Assembly (NCBI RefSeq): GCF_006345805.1
Contig: NC_043009.1
Coordinates: 67,518,001 to 67,582,000, forward strand
Source of the DNA: Octopus sinensis
Lineage: Eukaryota
Direction: 5' to 3'
Length of the DNA stretch: 64,000 nucleotides
Shown here in pieces: positions 38,527 to 51,519 of the stretch. The notes below the pieces were generated by a model. That model had not been told where the DNA came from and searched no databases. It was given only the letters and a program-made list of their open reading frames with translations. Numbering within the stretch: position 1 is the first letter of the stretch; each line of letters starts with the position of its first letter. The translations under genes and the position numbers were made by a program.

Positions 38527-39100
38527 AGAGTGGTTGGAGAACCTCGAGGCCAGTGGAGAACCTCGAGGCCAGTGGAGAACCTCGAGGCCAGTGGAGAACC
38601 TCGAGGCCAGTGAAGAACCTCGAGGCCAGTGGAGAACCTCGAGGCCAGTGGAGAACCTCGAGGCCAGTGGAGAACCTCGAGGCCGGTGGAGAACCTCGAG
38701 GCCGGTGGAGAACCTCGAGGCCAGTGGAGAACCTCGAGGCCAGTGGAGAACCTCGAGGCCAGTGGAGAACCTCTAGGCCGTATGGCCCCTGAGGGTCCAT
38801 ATAATTGTTTGGTGGGGTTTCACGCTACAAAATAGTAAATTGGGGATCCACAATAGTATTTAAAGGGACCCTGAAAAGATTTTGCTTTCGATGTATGTCT
38901 TGGTATCTATTGCAAGAAACACCTGGGTTTCTTCCTCTAACATTTTTTATAGTTCAATCTACACAAGTGTGAATAACAAACAATGGATTTTGAAAGAGTT
39001 TCTCTAATAGTTTTTTTAAACATCGAATGACTAGCAGGATCCACCAGAACATAGCAGCAATCAAAGGGGTCTAAAGATAAAAGATGGTTGAGAACCCTTG
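38527..39100. mobile_element. Probable hAT-type MITE hosting the minisatellite
   Basis: Right end GGTTGAGAACCCTTG (reverse complement CAAGGGTTCTCAACC, hAT/Charlie-like TIR); left end degraded or amplified; no clear TSD. Confidence 0.5.
38536..38781. repeat. 19-bp minisatellite (GGAGAACCTCGAGGCCAGT) x ~13
   Basis: 12 full units 38536-38763 (3 with a single substitution) plus a variant 13th unit; no spacers. Confidence 0.97.
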
Positions 39101-39555
39101 CCCTAGGCAGCCCAATTTACCTGTTGCCTGATTTGTTGTGAAAGGTGAGTATATAATGGCGCTTTGTCGTGTTGAACTGAGAATGTTCTCTGATTCTTGT
39201 TCGGTCTCTTCATCAGAATGTCATCTCTAAGACACTCGCTGTTCTTGGTACAACTACGTTTCTGAAAATAATGAAGAACGAGACCTTTGCCAGCATGACT
39301 TTCCCTATCGATCAGTGAACTTCAAATTTCTTAGGCCTTCGATTATAGGTGAGACACCATTCTATTGCTGTGTCTTTGTTCGCGGTTCGTAAAAGAATTT
39401 CCCCGTGATTATTCACGAGTTTGAAACACATTGATGTACCGTACATTCATTGGCTTCAAATGGTTCCAGAACATCAGTGTAACCTTCCAAGCTTCTCTCC
39501 CTTTAAATCGGGTATCGCACGCGCGCACACACTTACATGCACACATACTTATATA

Positions 39556-39677
39556 CAGTAATTCCCCGCCATATCGCGGTTCAACTATCGCGGTTTATTT
39601 TTTAAGCTTACGTCGAGTCCTCTGTGGTGCTGTTTTGCACAACAAATATTTAAACGTATATATATCTATATATATAT

Positions 39678-39713
<36 letters not shown>

Positions 39714-39828
39714 CAAATTATAATAAATAATTTAAAAAATATACACCACTGTTTCTAGTTCGCGGAGTTTTAGGTATCGTGGGTGGTGAGGTTGGAACGT
39801 AACACCCGCGATAGTCGAGGGATTACTG
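39556..39828. mobile_element. pogo/Tigger-like MITE
   Basis: TA|CAGTAATTCCCCGCCATATCGCGG ... CGCGATAGTCGAGGGATTACTG inverted termini. Confidence 0.75.
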
Positions 39829-39975
39829 AACGTACATACATACCTACGCATATATTGTAATTCTAGATTGTCCGACTTAGAATTTTGTCCTCGACACACG
39901 TGTACTGATGGAACTCACCTCATTCAGAATGTATCCAGAATATATCATTTCTTATTAACAAAGCTTACACACATA

Positions 39976-40023
<48 letters not shown>

Positions 40024-40066
40024 ACACATACGCACATACACGCCAAAACGCACGCGCATAAATGTT

Positions 40067-40302
40067 ACCTATTTCTTTACAACCCACAAGGGGCGAAAAC
40101 ACGGAGGAGGCAAACAAAGACAGACAAACGGATTAAGTCGATTACATCGACTCCAGTGCGTAACTGGTACTTATTTAATCGACCCCGAAAGGATGAAAGG
40201 CAAAGTCGACCTCGACGGAATTTGAACTCAGAACGTAGCGGCAGACGAAATACTGCTAAGCATTTCGCTCGGCGTGCTAACGTTTCTGCCAGCTCGCCGC
40301 CC
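40067..40302 (-). mobile_element. Family A SINE (first monomer plus linker)
   Basis: Reverse complement of the 12535-12770 region. Confidence 0.92.
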
Positions 40303-40776
40303 TAAATGCTACCGTGTAGATATGTTTATGCTGCGCGCACGTGTGTGTATTGTCTATGTGTCAGTGTGTGTGTGAGTACACGCGTGTGTGTGTGTGCATA
40401 TATGCATACATGTTACACACACATATACACTCATAGAAAGATACATTCACACAGCTATAATATGTCAGACGTGCGTATGATTCACTGCGTACGTACCTTT
40501 GAAATGCTTAAAATCGAAGCGTCGACCGGAAGTACAAACTAATATGGCGGTTAATGTTTACAATATAATGAAAACAAGAGATTCCTATGCATTCAGGAAT
40601 CTTACGTGTATGCGTCTGTACGTTTGCCAACATCTGAAGCAATGCGTATTTATGCGTTCCAATGTTTATCTCTGGGTTTTTGTAACACACGATATATAAC
40701 ACACGAACGCACACGCACATACACACACACCTGCACTCACACACGCATACATATATATGTATGTGTGTGTATGTAT

Positions 40777-40859
<83 letters not shown>

Positions 40860-41284
40860 ATATATATATATATATATTCATATAAACATTTTATCTAAAG
40901 GCGGCTTGCACTGCGGGCCTATTCGCTAGTCAGCTGTCAACTGAATATAACTGCAATTTTGGCACCAGTCCCACGATATTTTCCCCTCCAGCTGTGCTGT
41001 GAACAGCATTGTTGTTGCCTGGAAGCATCCGCGTTCTTTTGGCTGAGACTGTAAAAAGCATCTTTATATCTACGCGTCCTTCACACCAAATTGTGAGTTG
41101 TTGTAAACATGCCAACCATGTAACAATTACTCTGTTTTACTACTCGTTTCTTCTTTTGGCCTCAGTATTTTTTTGTTCTGATGCTCCTCTATCCGCGTTA
41201 AAATTATTTTCTGCAGTTCGCAAAATACTGCTATACTTTATCTCATATTTACAATGCCACCAGGTCAAGACAGCGTAGATTGAA

Positions 41285-42500
41285 CTAGGAACCCACAACA
41301 TTCCACTTCTATAGTAACCCCTAGCACAGCCAGTATCATTCGATCCTCTTTAATTTTCAGCCCTTTCCTTTGTCGCCTACAAACGAAATGAAATGGCACA
41401 TGTAAAGCGACAGGTACCGCTGCCAGTGCCGAACGGCTTCACAAGACCCTACTAACCAACCGCTAACCACCATCATTCATCAAGCAACAGCATACACACA
41501 ATGCCAAAGTTAATAAACTTCATAAGAAGGCCTATACTCTGAAGACTGGCACATGCTTCTTAAAACTACTCTCCTCCGATTTTAGGAGCGCAGCTGCAGT
41601 TTATCACTTGATTTGCAGGGAGAGGCTAAACATACAAATGATCTGTCTTTAAGAAATCTCGCCACAAGCAGAACGAGAGCACTCAGAGAGCGCAAATTCC
41701 GCCAAAACAATACCAACGTCCTCTCAGCGATTAGCCGGAGATGATTTTTAAAATGAAAATATCTGAAATAAACTCGACTGCTCTCACAAACGAGAATACT
41801 AAAAATGAACCCGAACGCTCTCAAAAATTAAATAAAAAAAAAAATAACAGGAAAAGTAATCTAGAATCCGTGTCCGGTACCGGATCGATCGCAAAATCTA
41901 ATGAGTTCGTTCCAGTCACGGAGCCAAATCTCCCTGAAGGTCTCAACCGAATCCATCTAACGGTTCTTGAGATATCTTGTCCACAAACAAACAAGGACGA
42001 CTGAAACAATACCCCTGTCTTCGCTAAGGCGGAGGTAATAATTGGGTGCATATTCTCCAGTTGTCCCATCAACAACTTAAAATGCACTCGAGTGCCTACA
42101 TTGGTATACGAGGTAGTCTGCAGCAGATGTGGTGCATCCTGCATCGTGAGCATCATTACAAAACTGTACAACTGTTTCAAAGAACACGGGTGCATAAATG
42201 TATCAGTCCCTAAACACCTGCAGCCGTACCCGACTCGGGACTTTACAGTATTCATCAGGATCAGAGAACGTAACAGAGATAACCTTCGAAATAAAGAGGC
42301 TTTCCTTATTAATTAACCAGCATTTAACAATAGAAAATAGTTTCACGAAGCAGAGTGGTTATTATAACATTACCAATTTGCGCTTGTTTATTACCATTCC
42401 TCACATATCTAAGCAACAATAATAGCTTTATTCCACTCCCACCCCCTCATTCCTCCTGATAAAGAGGCCCTAATCCCAAAATACCGAAATATAAGATAGA
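41285..42500 (+). mobile_element. Fossil Penelope-like element (RT thumb/linker, GIY-YIG, pLTR remnant) split by a Helentron-like insertion
   Basis: ERLHKTLLTNR*PPSFIK (NGYP motif) at ~41430-41490; LVYEVVCSRCGASCIVSIITKLYNCFKEH (VY.F.C..C...YIG.T.R.L..R.KEH) at ~42100-42190; decayed CTGATAA..CCGAAAT hammerhead-like core at 42456-42489. Confidence 0.7.
41671..42039 (-). mobile_element. Non-autonomous Helentron/DINE-1-like element (HINE)
   Basis: Minus strand has a 5' ATTACCTCCGCC..GGTATTG hairpin, short TTTG repeat and GATATCTCAAGAACC. The 3' end has a subterminal TTGGCGGAA and a GCGCTCTCTGAGTGC hairpin. Second copy at 53837-54177. Confidence 0.8.
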
Positions 42501-42591
42501 AGTGTTGTTGCCTGTACTTTACTTTTGTATTTCATTTCCCATTACTTCGGCAAGATTTTATCTAATTTAAAACATATGTATATATTTATAA

Positions 42592-42646
<55 letters not shown>

Positions 42647-43506
42647 CATACATACACACACACATGTATGTATATACATGTGTGTGTATATATATATGTG
42701 TATGTGTGTTCATATATATATATTTATATATACATATATACATATATATGTATCTATATATAGCCACACACGTGTGTGTGTGTGTGTGTGTGTGTTGATA
42801 TGAACGAACAGGAGATAATGCTCATAGTAACATGGTAGAGTGTAATAGTTTAATAGATTAAATCTAGTTTATTCTCGTCTGAGGAACAGACAAGCGGAAA
42901 AATGCAGCGTAATAGGTCTCCGTATCAGGTTAAATTGTGTGTGAGTGTATGAGCGTGTATGTGTGTGTGTGTATATTTTTAATGTACGCTTTGACAGCCT
43001 GAAAATTATGTTAAAATTAAATATAGCGTCGCAATACGTTTGAACCGAACGGCTACTTATTGTGTGTGTGTGTACTGGATGTATAAGCGTTATTTACCTT
43101 TAAAAAAAATAGTAAAACATACGCTAAGGGATGTAACATAACCTTTGACTGTCAATATTTCATGATAGACTTCAGAAATATTGTTAATGAAATTCGATAA
43201 CTTCATACACCATGGAGAATAAAGGACGGTAAGGTTTGGGAATTGATCTGTATCGCCGAGAAACAGAGAGAGGGAGAGAGAGGGAGAGAGAGAGGGGGAG
43301 GGAGGGAGAGAGAGAGAGAGTTAGGAATTTGGAGAGAGTGAGAGTGGCACAGAGCGGAGAAACCGACAGACTGAGGCAGAGGAAGCGATTGGAGGAAACG
43401 AAATATTTCAACTGCCCTGAATTCTGTTATCGTTCCAAAACCTCAGATCCTAGTGCTGCTCATAATATATGAATGCATGGCAAATCGTTGAACTTCATCA
43501 CATAAT

Positions 43507-43689
43507 ACAGTTCTTTATTTAAGAGATCAGGAATTATGTACATTATTTACATTATTTACATTTGACGTATATTTGTTCCTCATCTTCTTTGTTGTTAACA
43601 TAACGTTTCGCCTGATATACCCTCCAGCCTTCATCAAGTGTCTTGGGAAAATTTCGAATCTGGGTTCTCATTCCTAAGCTATTTTTTGA

Positions 43690-43745
<56 letters not shown>

Positions 43746-43843
43746 TCAATGCCTGGAATCGAATTCTGAACCTTGGGGTTAGAAGTCCGTGCCCTTAACC
43801 ACTACGCCATATGCCCGTCAAATGTAAATAATGTAAATAATGT
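43507..43843 (-). mobile_element. Family G: tRNA-head / (AAT)n / hammerhead element, plus 27-bp inverted tail fragment
   Basis: Head (43742-43816, minus) GGGCATATGGCGTAGTGGTTAAG..TTCGATTCCAGGC; hammerhead 43597-43642 with C3>T; inverted GTCAAATGTAAATAATGTAAATAATGT at 43817-43843. Confidence 0.85.
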
Positions 43844-43982
43844 TCATCCCATAAGTCTTACTCATTTAGACAGCCACCAATTTTGTTTGTGTGCGAGAGT
43901 ACCTGAGTGTGCGCGCACGCGTGTGAACGTGTGTGTGTGTGTTACATGTATACATATATAAATGTATATTTAACTTGTGTGT

Positions 43983-44190
43983 GAGCAAAACACTTCATTT
44001 CACTTTGATCCAATCGACTTAGCTGTCACTGGTGCCAAAGCTGTATCGGCCCCTTTGTCTTTCCCTTGGATAACATCAGTGACATGAAGAGGGGAGGCTG
44101 GTATGCATGGGTGACTGCTGGGCTTTTATAAACAACCTTGTCTGGACTTGTGCCTTGGAGGGGAATTTTCTAGATGCAATCCGATAGGGA
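43983..44190 (+). mobile_element. 5'-truncated family E SINE
   Basis: GAGCAAAACACTTCATTTCAC..CACTGGTGCCAAAGCTGTATCGGCCCCTTTG..ATAAACAACCTTG. Confidence 0.8.
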
Positions 44191-44982
44191 ATCTTTACCC
44201 GTTTTACAGGTATATATATATTCATATATACGTATGTATCAGAGTATATTGGTGTGTTGTATATGCGTGTGTGTGAGGGGGCATTGTAATGCGTATATAT
44301 GTATATGTATATACCAACCTAAATTATAAATGGCTACTTATATATACGTATACACATCTCACACAGACATAAATACGCACACATGTATGTGTGTGCATAT
44401 ATGTATGTTTGTATACAATACAAACATGCACACACATACATACATACATGCATACATACATGCACATAGATACATAGATACATAGATACAAAAACACATA
44501 CACACAAACATAAATACATATACCTAAGTATACATACATAGAAGTATCCATACAGTCATACATATATACAGAGACAGGCATAGATACGTACATACATACT
44601 CCCACAAATACATAATACGCAATTTGTAAGTGCTTTGACAATGTGGCGTCTATGCCCTTAATTATAATTGTATTTTATACTTTTATATATATATTATATG
44701 TATTTCAGATGCATTTATAATTACATCATGAAAGAATATACCGTTTTCTCCTGCTGAATAAAAAAAAATTCGCATTTTAGAATTAAAATTTTGGTTTGGA
44801 GAATACAGAGATGCGAGATATATGTTGAGCCTCTCATTGTCGCACCACGAGAAGTCGTGAAAGTGACGAGGAAAGGGCATGTCTAGTACTTGTGTGTAAG
44901 TTTTCCCTTTCTACCCGTGTTGAATACATACATATATATATATGTGTATATATGTACATTTATGTATATGTATATACATACA

Positions 44983-45041
<59 letters not shown>

Positions 45042-45428
45042 CGCACATACACTCACACATGTATATATATATATATCACGTGCAAATGGACACAGAATGG
45101 CCGGAGATTTATTCAGTTTGCATGGTGTATAAGTGACTGAGATTACAAAACTCACTGATGAATGGCACAACGGTCCATCGGTGGGCTAATTCTCCTGTTA
45201 ATCCTGAAACTCATTAACAGCTCCCTGAACGGCTACAAATTGAAATACAGCGCTTTGCAAAAGAACACAATAATGCCAAGCACGGCCCGGGATTTGAAAC
45301 CAAGACAGTGAGTGCAACAACATCCTCAATAGGTGGCGTTTGTGTGCGTTCCTGGTTCTGTCTCTTTATGATTTTCTCTTTACAATTCTATCGTCATATA
45401 ATTTGTAAGATGTGATAGGCGTTTGGCT

Positions 45429-45464
<36 letters not shown>

Positions 45465-45569
45465 ATATATATCTTTATTGCCCATGGGGGGCTAAACATA
45501 GAGGGAACAAACATGGACAGACAAAGGGTTTCTTTGATATAGATGGTACAGAAAGACTCATTTGAAATT

Positions 45570-45604
<35 letters not shown>

Positions 45605-45609
45605 TGTAT

Positions 45610-45652
<43 letters not shown>

Positions 45653-45987
45653 CTTGGTATATGTATATACATGCTTTTGTGATATTTCTGGGGTTCTTTC
45701 TTCCCCCCAGTGCTTGGTAGCAACAAAAAAAAATTATTATTAACATTTTTTTTATGCCTTCTTTATGACTTACATCAAAAAATTTCCAAGCTGAAACTTG
45801 CAAATCATGAAACAGAATATTCAACTTCAACAAGAAAAATATCCCAGTTTGTGTGTGTCTGTCTGTTACTGTGTCTGTGTCTGTGTCTGTGCACATATAA
45901 CACATGTACAAAAACAAATTCACGTCAATAAACATAGCTACTGAAAGGCACAAGATGGTACAGAGAGACACACATTTGAAAATACAG

Positions 45988-46019
<32 letters not shown>

Positions 46020-46056
46020 TATATACATATTAACACATCCGTAGGTTATTCCTGTG

Positions 46057-46090
<34 letters not shown>

Positions 46091-46375
46091 TGTATGTATG
46101 TATGTAGTATGTATGTATGTATGTATGTATGTATATATATGTATATATATATATATAGAAATAGAAATATATATATGTGTGTATATATATATACATACAT
46201 ATATATATATATATTATATATGTATATATATATATATATACAGTCTTTATTGATTTATCTACCTGTGAATCTATTTACATATGTATCACCGCGTGTCCAT
46301 GCTCGTACATCATAATAACAAGCACACATACACACACACACACATACACACACACACACATACACACACACACAC

Positions 46376-46411
<36 letters not shown>

Positions 46412-46765
46412 GCATATCTGTAGACGCGACTGTTCGCGCACATTAATATGCGAATGAATGTGTGAGACTGGGGCGGCTTGCAGAAGAACCTACATCGAAA
46501 CAAAAGAACTCTGAACAGAAAGAAATAATGGGTGCCAAAGTTAGCATCTCTTTCGCAAGCCATTTTTCTTACCCATATAGCAGAGTGCTTTCATCAACAT
46601 CGAAATATTTCATTGGAGATGACGAGTCTATAGCATCTTGGCAGCCAGCGTCAGTTATGTATGCATGTTTTTTAAGTATGTTTACACATTTATATATAAT
46701 GCATGCGTGTGTGCTTTTGAGAGTGTGCGTATACATATGTTTGTTTTATATATACACACACACAC

Positions 46766-46809
<44 letters not shown>

Positions 46810-46810
46810 T

Positions 46811-46855
<45 letters not shown>

Positions 46856-46871
46856 ATATATATAAAGATAT

Positions 46872-46910
<39 letters not shown>

Positions 46911-47030
46911 CGTATATTTGCCATCTCAATATGGCTACCCCTAAGGGTGGATGCTACTGTAGTTTTTAGCCCCAGGAGGACACACTCCTCCAGCTGCCCA
47001 TAGACACACTTTCTGTGTCCTGTCAGTATT

Positions 47031-47065
<35 letters not shown>

Positions 47066-47124
47066 GTATATATGCATTTACTTATGCATACGTACGTAAA
47101 TATATTTAAACAGACACACACACT

Positions 47125-47176
<52 letters not shown>

Positions 47177-47789
47177 TAAACAATATGAGCACTCTCTAAC
47201 ATAGAAACACGTATCTAGCGAATAGCGTGTTTATACGCATATAATGTGTGTGGAAGCTTGTGTATATGTGTAATCAGAATGTATTGTAATTCCTGGAATA
47301 TGTACATGGGAATAGGAAGGCGATAAAACATGGGCAAATACTTGAACACAAGAAATCTATTTGCAAGAAAATATCTAAATGTCTAAATGTGTTGAGTCTA
47401 AGTTCAGACTTGCAGCATTCCTTTCTTTTAAACTTCATGTCTTTATCTTTCTGAAATCTAGAGACGGTTCTGGCTAATAGAACACAGCCTCTCTTTTGTC
47501 CTCCACCACCGCCTGATGAATTCCGTAGTTGAAGAATATGGCATTTTGGTGATGCTGGGACACTAAACTGCGAGTGTGCCATGTGGGGAGCGTAGGCGCA
47601 TGCGTGAATGTAGCACACATGAATAACACGCAGAGCAGTGTTTGTGCAGGTGAATGTCCACGGTTATTAAGATTAAACATGTGAGGTAAGCAGTGGAAGT
47701 GTTCAGGATGAAAGAGACATGATGGTCTAAGTAGCCTAAAACTGTGTTCATGTCGTTACACACCTTAACATAAACACAGGTATAGATGG

Positions 47790-48338
47790 ACGACACTCTT
47801 CTGACTCCCCACGACTCTCGCACGTACATTGACTCACGAACACAGAAATTAACAAGCTACAAACTCCGAGTATTGTACACACGGCACAATATCAACTGAA
47901 TTGACTGTTATGCATATATGTCACCTATATTGACCAGATTGTCGGATGTTATTACATACCGCTGATAACAGTGCGCTTCTAATTCCTTCTGATTGTATCT
48001 TTCGCACCTTTTTTTTGAGACCAAATTTCTTAACTAAATGGTCTTCGTAGCATCGTGGGGGCTTTTCGAGAGGACTTATTTCTATCTCTTGGATGCAGTT
48101 CGATACCTACACTGGTCCACTTGTTTGTTTTTTTTTTGTTTTTTTTCTAAATCTGGCGACATATGCAGCCCGCTCCGTTCTTGAATTCCCACATTTCAGA
48201 CAGGTTATCAAGAGAGGAGTTTCGAGATAGCTTGAAAAGGTAATGAAGACTACAACTCACTGGTCCCCCAAACATTGAAATCTGTGGATGGAAGATAAAA
48301 ACTGCAAACCCACGGGAGCTTGACTTAAGACTCTCGTA
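47790..48338 (-). mobile_element. Possible highly degraded mariner remnant
   Basis: Terminal ..CTCTCGTA and a minus-strand (AY)SPDL-like segment near 48140-48170; otherwise unalignable by eye. Confidence 0.3.
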
Positions 48339-48627
48339 GGAAATGAAGACTATGATAAAGAAACATGCATTTACTCAATATAAATCTATCTATCTATCTA
48401 CTTGTCTGTCTGATTGCCTGTATGCCTGCTTGCCTGCCTGCTTGCCTGTCTGCCTGTCTGTCAGCCTGCCTGTCTATCTCTATTCATATGCGAGTGTGAG
48501 TCCATGTGCGTTTGATGTAGATGCTAAATGTACATCAAATAGATATCAGCAACAACTCACTCACCTCTGCACACATTTTCGAACACTTACAGGTATAAAC
48601 ATAACCTCATACAAACAAACACACACA

Positions 48628-48659
<32 letters not shown>

Positions 48660-49000
48660 CATACATACATACACATAAAGACCTGCAAGACAAAGAAAAC
48701 ATCAGAGAAATGCGTAATTCAAAAAGCATTTTATACAGATTTTTATTAAGGTTTACAAAGAAAAAGCGCAACCAGATACTTATGGATAGACTGTGTTGTT
48801 GACGACCAAAGCATTACACAGTCAGGTGAAGACTTTGATCTGCCAATAAACAAGAACAGAATTGGAGGCAGGCATATATCAGAAGTGACCGATATTTATA
48901 TATACGAACGCACACATGTGTGCAACACACTGTATGTATGTGTGTGTGTGTGTATGTATATATGTTTGTATGTATGTATACATATACATAAATTACTAAC

Positions 49001-49235
49001 ATACTCTCTTTTACTCTTTTACTTGTTTTAGTCATTTGACTGCGGCCATGCTGGAGCACCGCCTTTAGTCGAGCAAATCGACCCCGGGACTTATTCTTTT
49101 GTAAGCCCAGTACTTATTCTATCGGTCTCTTTTGCCGAATCGCTAAGTAACGGGGACATAAAAACACCAGCATCGGTTGTCAAGCAATGCTAGGGGACAA
49201 ACACAGACACACAAACACACACACATACATATATA
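49001..49235 (-). mobile_element. 5'-truncated, young family B SINE
   Basis: Clean tail TTTTACTCTTTTACTTGTTTTAGTCATTTGACTGCGGCCATGCTGGAGCACCGCC. Confidence 0.9.
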
Positions 49236-49905
49236 TAATGTACATATATATATATATATATATCTATATATATATATATCTATATATATATATATATATA
49301 TAGATATATATATATATATATATATATATAGGTTAGCTGAGTTAGAGGTTAGAATAACCGTCTAAGAGATAGAAGTATCCATTACTCTGTTGGTATATTA
49401 CCTATGTTTAACCATGGGCATACATATGTAAGTCAGTTGATGTTCATCAATATTTCTCCATTTTCTGTTTTCTTTGCGCGTGTGTGTGTACACCGATTTT
49501 TCAGATACCGTGGAAGCAGTTTACTCGGGTGTCAGTTGAGTCTAACCTAATATTCTGGGAAGCAAACTGTCACGTGTTTTACCGAATTCGATACATTTTT
49601 CGTAGTGTTTTAGACTCGAATACTTTGTGAGTGACGACGGTTGTTCGGTAGGAAATCAACGTTCTGAACATGAAAGCAACACAAGTGAGAGATAATCTTG
49701 GCTGCTCTCGTATTCGAAGTAGGTTACAAGATGCACCGACATAGTCAGATTTCAACAGCGCATGGTTTCGCTTTCATGTCAGCAGTATTATTATTATTAT
49801 GAGAATATCGAATGGTGACACGTAATTTCATTTCTCAGAATGCAACATCAAAGACAACCATCTCTTTAATTATCGGTTTTTGTCTTTACTAATAATGAAG
49901 CTTCC

Positions 49906-49939
<34 letters not shown>

Positions 49940-50101
49940 GGGGAGAGAGAGAGGGTGTGTGTGAAATAAGAGAGAGAAAAGAGATGATTTTGACCAAGTG
50001 AAGATGGAATCCAATATCAACCTTTCATTGTGGTCCCTAATTTTATAATTAATCTACCAAGTCATACACCAAATTAGTAATTAGAAATTCTTCATTGATA
50101 A

Positions 50102-50300
50102 TCTGGCGAGCTAGCAGAATCGTTACCGCAGGCATTTCGGTCTGTCTTTGCGTTCGAATTCCACTGAGGTCGACTTTTCCAGTTTTTTTTTTTCCTTCGG
50201 AGTCGATAAAATAAATACCAGCCGAGCACTGGGGTTGATTTTATTGACTTGAACCCTGCCCCAAATTTGCTGGCCTTGTACCAAAATTCGAAACCAATAT
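50102..50300 (+). mobile_element. Diverged family A SINE monomer
   Basis: GGCGAGCTAGCAGAATCGTTA..GAGGTCGAC..GTCGATAAAATAAATACCAG. Confidence 0.7.
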
Positions 50301-50909
50301 TCTGCTTTGTTTAATGGTGGTGGATTCCCAGAATCGTCAAAATGTCGGACAATGACTCGGTGTTATTTAGAGATGAACCCTGTAGTTTAAGTTCAGATTT
50401 TACAATGTCGTCTTTACTTCTCAGTCTTTCGATGCCAATAAAATAACAAATCAATTATACTCTGTGTTCGATTTAATTGACTGTAACATCTGAAATATTT
50501 AATCTTGTACCAATGTACAAAGTCCATAATCTACATAATATATGCCAAGTACGGTTCACTAAAATGATGTCTTTCTTCAAGATATTTCGCAAAATGTCAG
50601 ATAACGATTAATTGTATAACTTTCCATATGAACATTTTATTTTAAAGAAATTGGTATTTTATTTACTGGTGAACTATTACATATCGCTTAAGATGTACCC
50701 TTGTGCATCTTGGATGATAACTACTGGCGTATTGTCTACAATACGTGGCATATCCTATACAGCAATTTAGCTTCATCTGAATAACTGTCCTCTAAATGGG
50801 GACTAAAATTAATGTAACATTGTATATTTTTTACAGCTCTATATTTAAGAGATGAGGAATTATGTACATTATTTACATTTGAAGTATATTTGTCATCTTG
50901 TTTGTTGTT

Positions 50910-50955
50910 AACACAACATTTCGGCTGATATATTTTCCAGCCTTCATCAGGTGTT
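50910..50955 (-). ncRNA. Minimal type I hammerhead ribozyme, helix III CG>TG
   Basis: Minus: AACAC CTGATGA A GGCTGG AAAATATA TCAGCC GAAA TG TT GTGTT. Confidence 0.6.
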
Positions 50956-51103
50956 TTATTATTATTATTCAGGTCACTGCCTGGAATCGAACTCGAAATC
51001 TTGGGGTTAGTAGCCAGCGTACTTAACCACTATACAATATGGAGTGAATTTTAGGGCTTATAAATACCTTAGGAATGAGAACCCAGGTTCAAAATTTCCC
51101 CAA

Positions 51104-51149
51104 GACACCTGATGAAGGCTGGGGGGTATATCAGCCGAAACGTTGTGTT
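51104..51149 (+). ncRNA. Minimal type I hammerhead ribozyme with intact core
   Basis: GACAC / CTGATGA / extra A / GGCTGG-ggggtata-TCAGCC / GAAA / CG / T T (GUU site) / GTGTT. Helix I 5 bp, helix II 6 bp, loopless palindromic helix III (AACGTT). Confidence 0.8.
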
Positions 51150-51519
51150 AGCAACAAACAAGATGAGGACAAATATCCATCAAATGTAAATAATGTAAAT
51201 AATACAACATATTTTTTACACAAATGAAAAGAATTATAAGAAATACGAAAACAATCATTGTACATAAAAGAAGATACGTTATGAAAGTTTGTAACAAATG
51301 TATCAAATAGCAAACATTTTTGTTATTACAAGTTCAAATGGTCGAGTGCATTGCTCAAGAATGGATGAACAGAAGCATATTATCTCCTCAGAAGTGAGTT
51401 AAAATGTTGAAATAATACCATAGGAGTCTATTTTCTTGGTAATGCAGGTTCTGTTTCTTAGCAGTCACCGTATTATTATTATTATTTAGGGGTTAGCATC
51501 GTCGGATAATTTTCAATAC

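Larger units (their letters stand above)
50833..51203. mobile_element. Family G insertion: minus-strand unit (50833-51041) plus inverted partial copy (51062-51203)
   Basis: Both arms contain the hammerhead; head on minus has B box GAGTTCGATTCC. Confidence 0.88.

Noticed and set aside
38536-38781. CRISPR-like array
   Set aside because: Units are contiguous with no unique spacers, there are no cas genes, and the context is eukaryotic; it is a minisatellite.
46555-46650. Possible exon on either strand
   Set aside because: Only one good splice signal per strand and no homology; ambiguous.
47274-47618. 114-aa minus-strand ORF in non-repetitive DNA
   Set aside because: No recognisable domain or convincing splice signals; the length is compatible with chance.
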